From an uncultured Methanosarcinaceae archaeon (GTDB lineage Archaea; Halobacteriota; Methanosarcinia; Methanosarcinales; Methanosarcinaceae), in the NCBI GenBank assembly GCA_963847185.1, contig CAWJYV010000004.1, forward strand, positions 215,864 to 279,863: a stretch of 64,000 nt of DNA, written 5' to 3'. The position numbers were made by a program, and so were the translations under genes. This document shows positions 49,322 through 59,293 of the stretch, piece after piece. The stretch's first letter is position 1, and each line of letters starts with the position of its first letter. The notes under the pieces are model-generated. The model saw only the letters and a list, made by a program, of their open reading frames with translations, did no database searches and was not told the origin of the DNA.

Positions 49322-50146
49322 TTAATTATGGCTTATTTCACCGAAATCATAATTTAAACCCTTTAGATGCAGTTACAAAATACTCTACCTTCGCCAGCTT
49401 ATTTTGAAAAACGATGATTTGACATTATTTCCATAACTTTTTAGAAATTACCTTTGAAAGAGTTTTTATGATATTACTCACACTTGAAACATGAAATCAA
49501 GCGCAAAGAGCTTATTCAAATCAGGCACATAAAGCACCATCAAGAAACTATAATTAAACAGTAGAGGGTTTTAACTTATGGTTTTCAGTTCAATGATATA
49601 AGTCATCCATAAGATCTTCAATCAAGGAAAAAAAATGTCATATGGTATAGTTATAAATAAATATTTAGAATTGGATAATTGAACAGTTACATAATGAAAA
49701 AATGAAAAAGCATGTTACCGAATAAGAATATGTAGTTTTTGGCATTTCTACTATTTAAAATTAATATAGGTGATGTGCCCCTGTTGTTACAGATGAGTAA
49801 AACCATTCTAAGCTTGATTTTCCACTCATTATTCAGCATCCTGATCCCTGTCTGCTTCTTGTCACAGACAGGGCAAAAGGAAGCTCATGTGCTTTAGAGA
49901 ATTTAGGAGGCGATTTTATTTCTGTGTCTGTTCGGTAGAGACACTTATCTATACTCCCAACTGATATTTAATACTTATGTTTATTTTTTTGCTACAAGAT
50001 ATTAACTAAAAAAGATAAATTCTTACTTATTTTAAAATAAGAATTTAGATAAAGTTTGTTGCCGTATAAATTCAGAATGCTAAAAAATCGAAGAATTTAA
50101 AAACTGCATGCTATAAAAGTAAAAAGGCAAAAAAGAAGGATTGAAT

Positions 50147-50782
50147 ATGGCATTTCAAAATACAAAACCCGAGGAATTGAACTTCCTTGTAAAGAAAGCA
50201 CTGGAACTGGAGGCTATTGACGCAAAAATAATTCCTACTTACAAGGTTTTTGTAGAGAAGAGAGTAGTTCTAAAGTGCAGAGGGTGTATTGGCTATGGAA
50301 AGAAATTAACATGCCCACCTCATGTTCCGACTGTTGATGAATTTCGGGAGATACTCAAGGAGTACAGATATGCACTGCTTGTCAAGTTCAGATCTCCTGC
50401 AGTTGCAGATGAAGAGATTGCAAAAGCTCCGTATAAAACCTGGCTTGATCCTGCCGCACCTGAGGAGACAAGAGAAAAAGCAACAAAGTTCTGGACAGAT
50501 TATTTTGATTACAGCAAAAAAATGATGTTTGCAATGCTTGAACTTGAGAAGGCGGCTTTTAATGAAGGTTATACCTTTGCAGTTGCATTCGTTAACGGTT
50601 CTTGCAGGCTGTGCGAAAAATGCAATGTGGAAAAGGGGATCTGTCTTCATTCGAACATGGCAAGGATCCCGGAACATGCGGTTGGGATCAACATGAAGAA
50701 AACAGCCGCAGAATCTGAGATGCCAATAGAATTTCCTATCAAAGGACAGCCTGAGCCTATGTCCATTTTGTTGATTGACTGA
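50147..50782 (+). CDS. DUF2284-family Cys-rich metal-binding protein
   Basis: KCRGC...TCPP, GSCRLCEKC...C and EHAVGIN. Confidence 0.85.
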   Translation: MAFQNTKPEELNFLVKKALELEAIDAKIIPTYKVFVEKRVVLKCRGCIGYGKKLTCPPHVPTVDEFREILKEYRYALLVKFRSPAVADEEIAKAPYKTWLDPAAPEETREKATKFWTDYFDYSKKMMFAMLELEKAAFNEGYTFAVAFVNGSCRLCEKCNVEKGICLHSNMARIPEHAVGINMKKTAAESEMPIEFPIKGQPEPMSILLID

Positions 50783-50947
50783 AAAAGCCAAAATTTCAGA
50801 TTTGAACAGTTTCTATATCCATATAGCTTGGAAAAAGCAGATCTGAGTACGGTTTTTTTCATTTATTTTGTCTTGGGCACTGAAACTATTTAGGGATCGA
50901 TATTACTTTAATAAGTATTCGATCCTTCTTCCAGCATTTCCTTTAGC

Positions 50948-51907
50948 TTAAAGATTTCCATTGAAAACATAGGTTGTACCTACCGTATTGAGCATGAATT
51001 GTTCTGGCATTTCCTCTGCAAACCTGTTAATTGCTTTCCAGCCAGTGCAGTGCATTGGCACAACGTAATCGGGTCCTATTCTTTTCATTTCATCAATCGT
51101 GGGCTGAATTATAGGATCAAAAATCCGTCCTGTCAGGTGAAAACCTCCAAGGACTGCGTGAACCTTATCAGTTCCCGTAATTTTCTTTGCGTGTTCGATG
51201 GTATTGATGATTCCTGCATGTGCACAGCCGCTAATGATCACGAGCCCTTTGCCCTTCAGCTTTATTACCAGTCCCTGATCATCTCTAAAGGGATCAAGAA
51301 TCCAGTTCCCGTCAAGTTTTGCCTCGGCCCAGGGAAATCCCTTTTCAAAGGGGATTTTGCGCTCAATCTCCCCTGTAGTGAAAATCAGATTATCTGCAAC
51401 CATTGAAGCGTTTTCAGATTTAACCAGTACAGCCCCTGCTTCTATTAGAGCGTCTTCATTGAGTGCTGGTATCGAGACAGGGCGCCCTATTGCAGGAATA
51501 TTCATACGGCGTTCAAGAAAGGCATCGGGATGAAGAAAAAGCGGGAGCTTTTTATTCTGCTCTTTGCTTACGAATTTTAAAAGTTCTCCAAGCCCGAGAA
51601 AATGATCAGGATGCCCATGACTCAGGACAACAGCTTCTATTTTGCCAGTATTAACATTCAAAAGATTGGCGTTATTGGAGAGACAGGCAGGAGTTATTGC
51701 TGCGTCCATCAGCACTAAGTGCTCCTCAGCTCCGGCATAGACTTTAATCAAGCACGAAAATCCGTGTTCAGCAAGAAGTACATGAGGGAAAGGTAATTGC
51801 GGCCTTTTGCATACATCGGTACTTTCTACCAATAACATATCTGTGTAGTTATCCATCAGGATTGTTATTTCCAATCTGTCGGCTTCTCGAATACTCAATT
51901 TTTGCAT
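50948..51907 (-). CDS. MBL-fold metallo-hydrolase (COG1237, dihydropteroate-synthase-like archaeal family)
   Basis: AEHGFS, LSHGHPDH, DDQ, SGCAHAG, GGFHL and PMHCTG. Confidence 0.88.
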   Translation of the reverse strand: MQKLSIREADRLEITILMDNYTDMLLVESTDVCKRPQLPFPHVLLAEHGFSCLIKVYAGAEEHLVLMDAAITPACLSNNANLLNVNTGKIEAVVLSHGHPDHFLGLGELLKFVSKEQNKKLPLFLHPDAFLERRMNIPAIGRPVSIPALNEDALIEAGAVLVKSENASMVADNLIFTTGEIERKIPFEKGFPWAEAKLDGNWILDPFRDDQGLVIKLKGKGLVIISGCAHAGIINTIEHAKKITGTDKVHAVLGGFHLTGRIFDPIIQPTIDEMKRIGPDYVVPMHCTGWKAINRFAEEMPEQFMLNTVGTTYVFNGNL

Positions 51908-52006
51908 GTTAACACCTGATTTATCAAAAGGATGGAGATCGTTATAAATTTTTCAAAATTACTTGATGGGAGTTTTCAGTTTCTCAAGTAACCCCGTATT
52001 CTCGAT

Positions 52007-52900
52007 TCATTTATATTTTCTCGCCGCTATCGCTATCCAGTCTCCGTCTTCCATATAGGTTTCTCCGGAAAGGTTGTTCCACACTTTCTCGACCTTAAAC
52101 CCATTTTGCTCAAGCACTCTATTTATTGTTTCAAGGGAGTAATCATGCAGCCAGAGCCTATAGGTCTTAACCGTGCCGTCCTCGTCCACGACAATGTACT
52201 GATTTAGCCAGATATCATTTTTCGGATAATCAAATCCTTCTTCCAGAACGAGGTGTTTACCCGGCCTCCAGAAACCGCCTTCTGAAATGTACCATCGGTT
52301 TCTAAGTCCTTCCCGCATACGAAGAGAGCGTGTAGAAACATCAAAGATAAAAATCCCGTTCTCCTTAAGTGCTCTGAAGATCAGGCTCAGGAGAAGATCT
52401 CTTTTTTCATCGGAAAAAGTACAGATTTCTCCGTAAACCTGGAGGACAACATCAAAAGCTCCTTCATATTTGATACCAAAGAAATCAGCACATATATACT
52501 CAATGTTCAGCCCTGCCTTTTCAGCATGAGAGCGGGCATGGTCAATAGACCGAGTGGAAACATCAAGACCTGTAACCTTCATTCCCTCCCGACAAAGCCT
52601 GCTGCTGTACAGACCTGGCCCGCAGCCCAGGTCAAGGATCATGTCCCCGGTTTTAAGAAAACCTGAGCTGACCAGATAAGAGACGGTTTTTTCAATTTCG
52701 ATTACTTTTCTGCTTGCTCCGTCATGGGCCTGGTCAAGATGAGCTTTGAGCATACTTTCTGAAATGTAAGAATCATCCCAGAAGCAAGTTTCTCCGGGTT
52801 CGAAGATAGAAGGCCTTGAGGCTCTTGAAAAAATAGAGAGAAAAGGGTCTTGAGGCATGTGAGAGAGAAAAGAGTCTTGAGGCATGTGAAATACATCCAT
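52007..52900 (-). CDS. Class I SAM-dependent methyltransferase
   Basis: ILDLGCGPGLY and FDVV, with N-terminal FWDDSYISESMLKAHL. Confidence 0.9.
   Translation of the reverse strand: MDVFHMPQDSFLSHMPQDPFLSIFSRASRPSIFEPGETCFWDDSYISESMLKAHLDQAHDGASRKVIEIEKTVSYLVSSGFLKTGDMILDLGCGPGLYSSRLCREGMKVTGLDVSTRSIDHARSHAEKAGLNIEYICADFFGIKYEGAFDVVLQVYGEICTFSDEKRDLLLSLIFRALKENGIFIFDVSTRSLRMREGLRNRWYISEGGFWRPGKHLVLEEGFDYPKNDIWLNQYIVVDEDGTVKTYRLWLHDYSLETINRVLEQNGFKVEKVWNNLSGETYMEDGDWIAIAARKYK
52835..52888 (-). repeat. 27-bp in-frame duplication at the methyltransferase N-terminus
   Basis: AGAGAGAAAAGGGTCTTGAGGCATGTG / AGAGAGAAAAGAGTCTTGAGGCATGTG, encoding HMPQDSFLS-HMPQDPFLS. Confidence 0.9.
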
Positions 52901-52915
52901 GAAAAAGCTACAGTA

Positions 52916-55367
52916 TTACTTCAGGTTTCTATTTATTGTGGCTACCTTGAATCTAACTATGAATTCTGTCCCTTGGTTTCGTCTGAATTCAAGATTTCCA
53001 TCCAGCTGGTCAACAAGGATATTTACTAGTCGCAACCCTAGCGATTCAACACTTTCCAATTCTAAGTTTTCAGGAAGCCCCTTCCCATTATCTGAAATTA
53101 TCAGGCTGTAAAGCGACTTACTTATTTCATCATTTTCTTCTTCCCTGCAAAGCCTAATTTTAATTTCTCCTGTATTTTCGGTAAACGCATGCTTGAGAGC
53201 ATTCGAAATGAGTTCGTTAACAATTATTCCCAATGGAATAGCAGTATCCATATTAAAGAATGAGTTTTCTTCCAGATCCATGAACAGGTTGATATTTTTA
53301 CTGCAAAGCCTATAAGTCTGGAAAAGATTTTTAGCTAGCCTTCGAAGGTATATCGAAAAATCCAGTGTATCTGTTCCTTCTCCCTTGTAGAGTTCTTCGT
53401 GAATAAGGGACATTGAGAGCACACGACTCTGGCTTTCCCTGAAAGCTTCAAGTACTTCTTTGTCCCTGAACTTTTCAGCCTGAAGATCCAGCAGGGAAGA
53501 AATTACCTGCAAGTTGTTCTTGATTCTATGATGGATCTCTTTCTTTCTGGCATCTTCAGCTTTCATTATCGACCTTTCAGTCTCAATTCGCTGAGAAATA
53601 TCTCTGGCAATAGCTGATACAGCCACAAGATTCCGGTATGTATTAAAAACTGGAGAAAGGGCTATTGAAACGTATATTATTTTACCATTCTTTCTTAACC
53701 TTGAAGTTTCATAATATCGAATCTTTTCTCCCTGTTTAACCTTTTCGATTAACTGCTTAATTTCTTCTTTTGAGATGATCCGGTGCAAGTAACGATGCAC
53801 TCTTTCCTAGAATATCTTCAGGCAAGTAACCATAAATCTGTTCAGCACCCTTATTCCAGCTGGTAATAATACCGTCAAGAGAGATAGTGAGGATTGCATC
53901 GTTAGATGATTCCACAATATTCGCCAAACTTTGAATTTTCTCTTCATCTTTTTTACGCTCAGTGATATCCTGAACTATTCCCTTCAATCGAACCGGGATG
54001 CTACCATTAAGAATAACTTCACTTTGTATGTGAATTGTGCGTTCTTCTCCATTATCTGAGATGATTCTATGATCAAGGTTGTAAGGTTCTCCGGCAACAG
54101 CTTTTTTATGGGCGTTGTTAAAATGTTCTTGATCATCAGGATGTGTATAATTTAAGTATTCTTCATAAGGTGGCGCTGGTTTTTTAGGACTCCGCCCGAA
54201 AATTCGATACATTTCCTCAGACCAGTACGCTCTGTCAGCTGCAATATCCCACTCCCAATTCCCAATGTGAGCCATTTTTTGAGCTTCGGCAAGACCTTTG
54301 TCGCTGTCTTTCAATGATATATAAGCCTTTTCAAGTTCTGACGTACGTTCTTTAACTTTTGTTTCTAAACTGTCATGTGCTTTTTTAAGGGCTTCTTCTG
54401 ATTTTTTGCGTTCATTGATATCACGGGCAACATGAATGCTTCCAGTGAGTTTTCCTTCCGAATCATGTAGTGGAGATACGCTTACTATGAAGTAACCACC
54501 AAGGCAATCTTCGCAAGTTTCTGCCATATGCTCAGTCTCATCATTAAGCAATTGTTTGTGAGGGCAAAAAGAGGGAGGTTCATCTGTTCCATGAATAACG
54601 CGATAGCAAGTTAGCCCAACACATTCTTCTGGTGTCATCCCCAATCTTTCTGCCATGTTTTTATTGGCACGAACAATCCGATAGTTAGTGTCAATTATGG
54701 ATATCAGATCTGGCACCGCATCAAATGTATGCTTCCAATCCTGCGTGGCTCTAATTATTGTTTCTTCAGTTTTCCCCCACCTGGAGTTATCTGTCTTTTC
54801 CCATTTTCCTTCTTTTTTAATCAAAGAAAATTGATGGTTTGAGACTACTTCAATTACTTCAGGTATACTGCACCTGTCTACAAAATATGAGTCAAGAGCT
54901 GTTATTCGGTATTTACCGATAATATTACCCATTTTTCTCATATAATCAACAAAATAACCCCAATCCTTCTTCTCAATCCAGGAAGCATTTTCGTTTAACC
55001 TCATACCTTTACGGCCACATTTCAGGGCATGATTGAGTTTTTTAATCCACTCATTTATGACCTTTTCAGAATCATATATACTCTCAGTCAAGTGCAGGTG
55101 ACTATGAGATATAATTTCAATCTGTCCTTTCTCCAGATAATTATTAAGATCAGGTATAATCTTTTTCAGGGCTTCTTTTGCCTCTTTCGCCTCAAGAGGT
55201 TGGGATGTAATCCAGATACAGAGTTCGTTATCCTCCAATCCTGCCTTGAAGTAAGGCAGCAGAATGTCCGTTAAATCTTCTTTTGTATTGTAGAAATGGC
55301 AGATGTATGTCCCCCAGGATACACTCCCAATAACATCAATACTAGAGTTCCTCATTTTTTCTTCCAT
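52916..55367 (-). pseudogene. MEDS-PAS-PAS-PAS-HisKA_2 sensor kinase interrupted by a 1-nt frameshift
   Basis: The 5' ORF has MEDS (WGTYICHFY...YFKAGLEDNELC) and PAS domains. The 3' ORF has EIHHRIKNNLQ, NELISN and DNGKG. Removing one base from the run at 53768-53771 gives ...APDHLKEEIKQL... and a ~816-aa protein. Confidence 0.88.
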
Positions 55368-56188
55368 TCCACACCTTCTTCAATAATAGCGAATTCGTTT
55401 CATTGAGAAGTTCAAACATCTTCTCCACAAATAGCCACTTCTTAGCGGTAGTTAGTTCATTAAGATATCTTCGTTGAATCAATTGCATGCAAGTTTTTAA
55501 AGAATTAACTAATTTGAAATTTATTTATTGCAAAACTAATTTCTTGTTTACAAGTAAAAAGATTTCTAAATTTAACTGAATACTCATATTTTTTGGCAAA
55601 AAATAATAAAATAATAAAACTTAATATATTTACAATAGTATAAATTAGCATATTATAAGATTCCATGCTCCGTTTTTGTACGACATTTTATGGTTAACTT
55701 TACCAGTAGTAATATATTCATATACCCAGGTTTATTCAATTAGAAAGAGTTTGAATGTACAATCAAAAATCACCTTTTAAATAATGAATGACTTTTATTA
55801 AAATATTCATGAGATCTGAATAAGGATCGCAAAAATGCAAAAAAATCAAAAGTGCCTATCCTGTGAAGAACTGCATAGCCATTAAATAGAATTGTCTCAT
55901 ACTGTGCTTTATATCTACACATAAGAGTCATTTTTATTTCTTTGACCTGCCCCAATTCTGCAACTTTTATTTTATTCCGACTTGCTTAAAGTTTAATATC
56001 TTAGTGATTACATAAATATATTTACGGATCAGTTTAAAATAAGAGAACAGGGTCTGAAAGAAGATTCTCAGCGGATTTGCCCCTTAAGGGGAGGGTGAGG
56101 ATATACTTTACATTCCTAACGAATTTTCTTTACAAAATTCCCTTTATAACTAAGAATTTTCCCCAAGAAATTATACCGGACCGATATT

Positions 56189-57601
56189 ATGGATAATAAC
56201 CCTAGAAAGAAGCCAGACAAGACAGAAAAAGCAGACCAGCCAGACAAAAAAGGCAAAGAGAGTAGGACGGACAAAAAAGGCAAAGAAAGCAGAACAAGCA
56301 AAGAAAGCAGGACAGGCAAAGAAAGCAGAACAAGCAAAGAAAGCAGGACAGGCAAAGAAAGCAGAACAAGCAAGACAGGTAGGAAAAGCAGAACAGGTAC
56401 AGGTCAGAAAGGTGAAACTGCATATGAACGCCTGAATAAAGCTCTTGAGATTCATGAAAAAGCCCTTTCGAGAAACCCGGATGATGCAGGCTCCTGGGCA
56501 GGGAAAGCCTCAGTTTATCTACGCCACAGGATGTACAAGGATTCCCTGATAGCTATTGAAAAAGCCCTTAAGTTCAAACCTGAAAATCCTGCCTACCTCT
56601 ACGAGAAAGGTTTCATACTGCTGCAGCTCAAGAGGGAAGAAGAGGCTCTGCAAACTTTTGACAGCCTGCTTGAAGTCAAGCCTGACAGCGACAAAGCCTG
56701 GTACATCAAAACCTCAGTCCTCTGCAAGCTAGGCCAGCAGGAAAAAGCCCTTGCTGACTCTGAAAAAGCTCTTGCAACAAATCCCAAACTTGCCCCTGCC
56801 TGGCATGCAAAAGGCTATGTGCTTACTGAACTTGGCAGATACGAAGAAGCTATAACAACCTATGACAAGGCCTTAAATCTTAATCCAAGTCTTTCCCGGG
56901 CCTGGGAAGGCAAAGGCTTTGCTCTCTACAGCCTGGACAGGCCAGTTGAAGCCATAATAGCCTACAATTCTGCCCTCAGAATAAACCCTGACAACTCTAA
57001 AACCTGGGCTGGAAAGGGCCTTGCCCACTTCAAGCTCGGCAAGTATAAAAGAGCTCTCGAAGCCTGCAATAAAGCCATTTCAATAAAGCCTGATTCCGCA
57101 GATGCCTGGTACTGTAAAGGCCTGACTCTTTCGAGCCTGGGAAAAGACGAAGAAGCCCTCCGGGCTCTCGAACGAGCGCTCAAAATTAATCCTGGCCATG
57201 AAGACGCCATGAAAGCCAGAGGTTCCGTTAGCTCCAAACTTGGAATCGGTCTTGAAGAAGAGGAAGAAGAGGAAGCGGAAGAAGGAAAACCTAAAGTGAG
57301 CAGGAGTGTATGGGCAAGGAAAAAATCAATAAGTGAAATAATGAAGGAAGATCGGGGTCAGGAAAAAGAGAAAAAAGGAGAATGGGAGAAAAAAGGAGAA
57401 TACAGGGAGAAGAGTGGAGAAGGTGCTAAAAAGAGCGGAGGGACAAGGAAAGAGGAAAAAGGAGAAGGGGCTCGGAAAAGCGGATGGATAAGGAAAGAGG
57501 AAAAAGGAGAAGGAACTGAGAAAAATCGGATTCAGGGAACCGAGCAAAGAAAAAAGGTAGTCAGAAAAAATATAGGAAAAGGAAGAGAGAAAAAGAAATA
57601 A
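56189..57601 (+). CDS. TPR-repeat protein with basic low-complexity termini
   Basis: About 7-8 TPR units of 34 aa (AW..KG..L...G.Y.EA...Y.KAL..NP), N-terminal (KESRT[SG])n, a poly-Glu stretch and a Lys/Glu-rich C-terminus. Confidence 0.9.
   Translation: MDNNPRKKPDKTEKADQPDKKGKESRTDKKGKESRTSKESRTGKESRTSKESRTGKESRTSKTGRKSRTGTGQKGETAYERLNKALEIHEKALSRNPDDAGSWAGKASVYLRHRMYKDSLIAIEKALKFKPENPAYLYEKGFILLQLKREEEALQTFDSLLEVKPDSDKAWYIKTSVLCKLGQQEKALADSEKALATNPKLAPAWHAKGYVLTELGRYEEAITTYDKALNLNPSLSRAWEGKGFALYSLDRPVEAIIAYNSALRINPDNSKTWAGKGLAHFKLGKYKRALEACNKAISIKPDSADAWYCKGLTLSSLGKDEEALRALERALKINPGHEDAMKARGSVSSKLGIGLEEEEEEEAEEGKPKVSRSVWARKKSISEIMKEDRGQEKEKKGEWEKKGEYREKSGEGAKKSGGTRKEEKGEGARKSGWIRKEEKGEGTEKNRIQGTEQRKKVVRKNIGKGREKKK
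56279..56368 (+). repeat. In-frame 18-bp tandem repeat (5 units, forming a perfect 36-bp higher-order unit)
   Basis: GGCAAAGAAAGCAGAACA alternating with AGCAAAGAAAGCAGGACA. Confidence 0.92.
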
Positions 57602-57625
57602 TTTTCAATCTTTCTCTTCTCCAGT

Positions 57626-57693
57626 CTGGTTACATGTTTAACCGCTTGATTATAAATGACTGGTTAGATGCTTAATCGTTTGTTTATAAATAA
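57626..57693. repeat. 34-bp imperfect direct repeat, each copy with an inverted repeat and a TATA-like box
   Basis: CTGGTTACATGTTTAACCGCTTGATTATAAATGA / CTGGTTAGATGCTTAATCGTTTGTTTATAAATAA. Confidence 0.75.
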
Positions 57694-57883
57694 AAGTAGT
57701 TAGCCTGTGAGTTTACTATAAAATGCAGTAGAGGCAAAGGTCAAGAATTGACCGAAATGCTAAGATCTAAAAATGGTGGCATGTCCTCGTGGCAGAGAAT
57801 TCCTAGATTTTCTAACTTTGAAAGGACTTGTAGAGTTGAACAAATCTACCAGCTATTTTTACAGATTTCTGATTTTATTGCGT

Positions 57884-58348
57884 TTAGACTGATGTACTCA
57901 CTAATTTCCACAGCTGACACTTAAGTCCCGTGAATTTTTCCACAGTAATGGGGGCATTTTCAGCTGGAGAACAATCCTTAACAGTAAGTGCCAGATTAGC
58001 ACTATTATTAGTTATTATGTATAATTCCTCAGTACCGGTAGATGCTAAATTAATAGTCCATCTCTGATCATCATTGTTAATACCTTTCCAGGACTGCAGG
58101 ACTACCTGTGTATTCTCACCACCAGTAGTAAAACAATTCCCTTTAGCTTGTTTATTTGTGTCGTCTGACATTATCTCGCAAACGCCATCATTTAGATTAA
58201 GAAGTCTCCAATTCTCAGAAACATTATTATCTTCTTTAGGATATTGAACAATATTCTTAATATCCTTTCCTACAATAGCATAAGCTTGACCTGTTTGTTG
58301 ATTAATAATTCGATATTTATAAGCACTATAAAGTGTCATAGTTTCCAT
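57884..58348 (-). CDS. Ricin-B (beta-trefoil) lectin-domain protein
   Basis: Three subdomains ending in (Q/E)xW-like motifs (SENWRL, DQRWTI, CQLWKL), with YRIINQQTG and YIITNNSANLALTV. Confidence 0.8.
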   Translation of the reverse strand: METMTLYSAYKYRIINQQTGQAYAIVGKDIKNIVQYPKEDNNVSENWRLLNLNDGVCEIMSDDTNKQAKGNCFTTGGENTQVVLQSWKGINNDDQRWTINLASTGTEELYIITNNSANLALTVKDCSPAENAPITVEKFTGLKCQLWKLVSTSV

Positions 58349-58606
58349 CTCCTTTAAATGTTACTTTTAATGTTTTTAATTTAAAGTAAAATTTACTACA
58401 ATTAAAGTGTTAATAATGATTGTGAACTATATGACCTTTTTTTCAATGTTGTGTTTTTAGTATAAAACATTAGAAACTAAAACAGATAAAAATGCTGAAA
58501 ACAAATTAATTGGAGAAAAGATAATTTAGAGGGTCTGAAGTGTGACTTTCTTGACCAAAGTACCCAAGCTTCAAACCCTGATTCTAGTCGTTTACTGTTT
58601 AAGTCT

Positions 58607-59089
58607 TTATTGTACTTCCCCAATAATCACTACATAATTTTTTCCATATTTTTCGGCACATGCCGGGCATGTAGTATACCACATGTACCATTTTTTGATA
58701 TCCAATCCCTGACCTTTTGCATACTCTTCAAAGTCCCTGCACCATTCTCCCGTATTTTCAAAGCTTCCCTCATACGCTTTGCTCAGAAACTTCCCGCTCA
58801 ATGTTATGTTTTCGGCATCTTTTACTTCTTTGTCAACAGCAAGATAAAGATCCATATTACTTTCTGAGGTATGATCAGACAAGCAAAGCCAGTCCGGCAT
58901 TTCCGCACCATCCCTTGCAACTTTCTCGTTCATCCTCATTATTACCTCCCCAAAATTCAGAGGCATGTAAAACTGCGTGGTAACTGAATCTTTTATGAAC
59001 CTTTTATTGTTCCATTCAAAGAGCTTTCCATTCCAGGGAGCTGGATCAAAACGCGGACAACATTCCTGATTTTCGATTTCGCTGCTCAT
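58607..59089 (-). CDS. Conserved Cys-containing protein (GyrI-like small-molecule-binding family)
   Basis: ECCPRFDPAPW, FLSKAYEGSF and WYTTCPACAEKYGKNYVV. Confidence 0.7.
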   Translation of the reverse strand: MSSEIENQECCPRFDPAPWNGKLFEWNNKRFIKDSVTTQFYMPLNFGEVIMRMNEKVARDGAEMPDWLCLSDHTSESNMDLYLAVDKEVKDAENITLSGKFLSKAYEGSFENTGEWCRDFEEYAKGQGLDIKKWYMWYTTCPACAEKYGKNYVVIIGEVQ

Positions 59090-59293
59090 AATTTTTCACC
59101 CTGTAGATAATAACTGTCAGGGTTATTTTAGGCTTTGCCTTTAGTTTTTATGGAAGAAATAGTTCTTAGTTTTGGTCCTGGTTTTATTCGGCAAAATATC
59201 TGATGAAACAGCAAAATAGTGAGAAATAACTAAATATAAAATATCTTTTTATAGTCTTGGCATCCATTACAATATTTTAAGGAGATTTATTTT

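Noticed and set aside
48605-50140. FGE-type C-lectin-fold gene as a diversity-generating retroelement target
   Set aside because: I found no second copy of its 3' end (template repeat) and no reverse transcriptase in the window.
6121-53771. The three A-run frameshifts as a phase-variation system
   Set aside because: The runs are only 3-6 nt, too short for typical phase-variable tracts. Sequencing error or ordinary inactivation is more likely without read data.
56116-56455. Minus-strand ORFs with (CPAFFACSAFFA)n or (LLSLPV)n repeats as RiPP precursors or membrane peptides
   Set aside because: They are the antisense reading of the 18-bp repeat in the TPR gene, and no modification enzymes are nearby.
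57728-57790. Cyclic-dinucleotide (GEMM-type) riboswitch, suggested by GGCAAA followed by a stem
   Set aside because: The GNRA tetraloop and the GACGCAAAG-like junction are missing and no gene lies downstream on that strand. Kept only as a generic ncRNA candidate.
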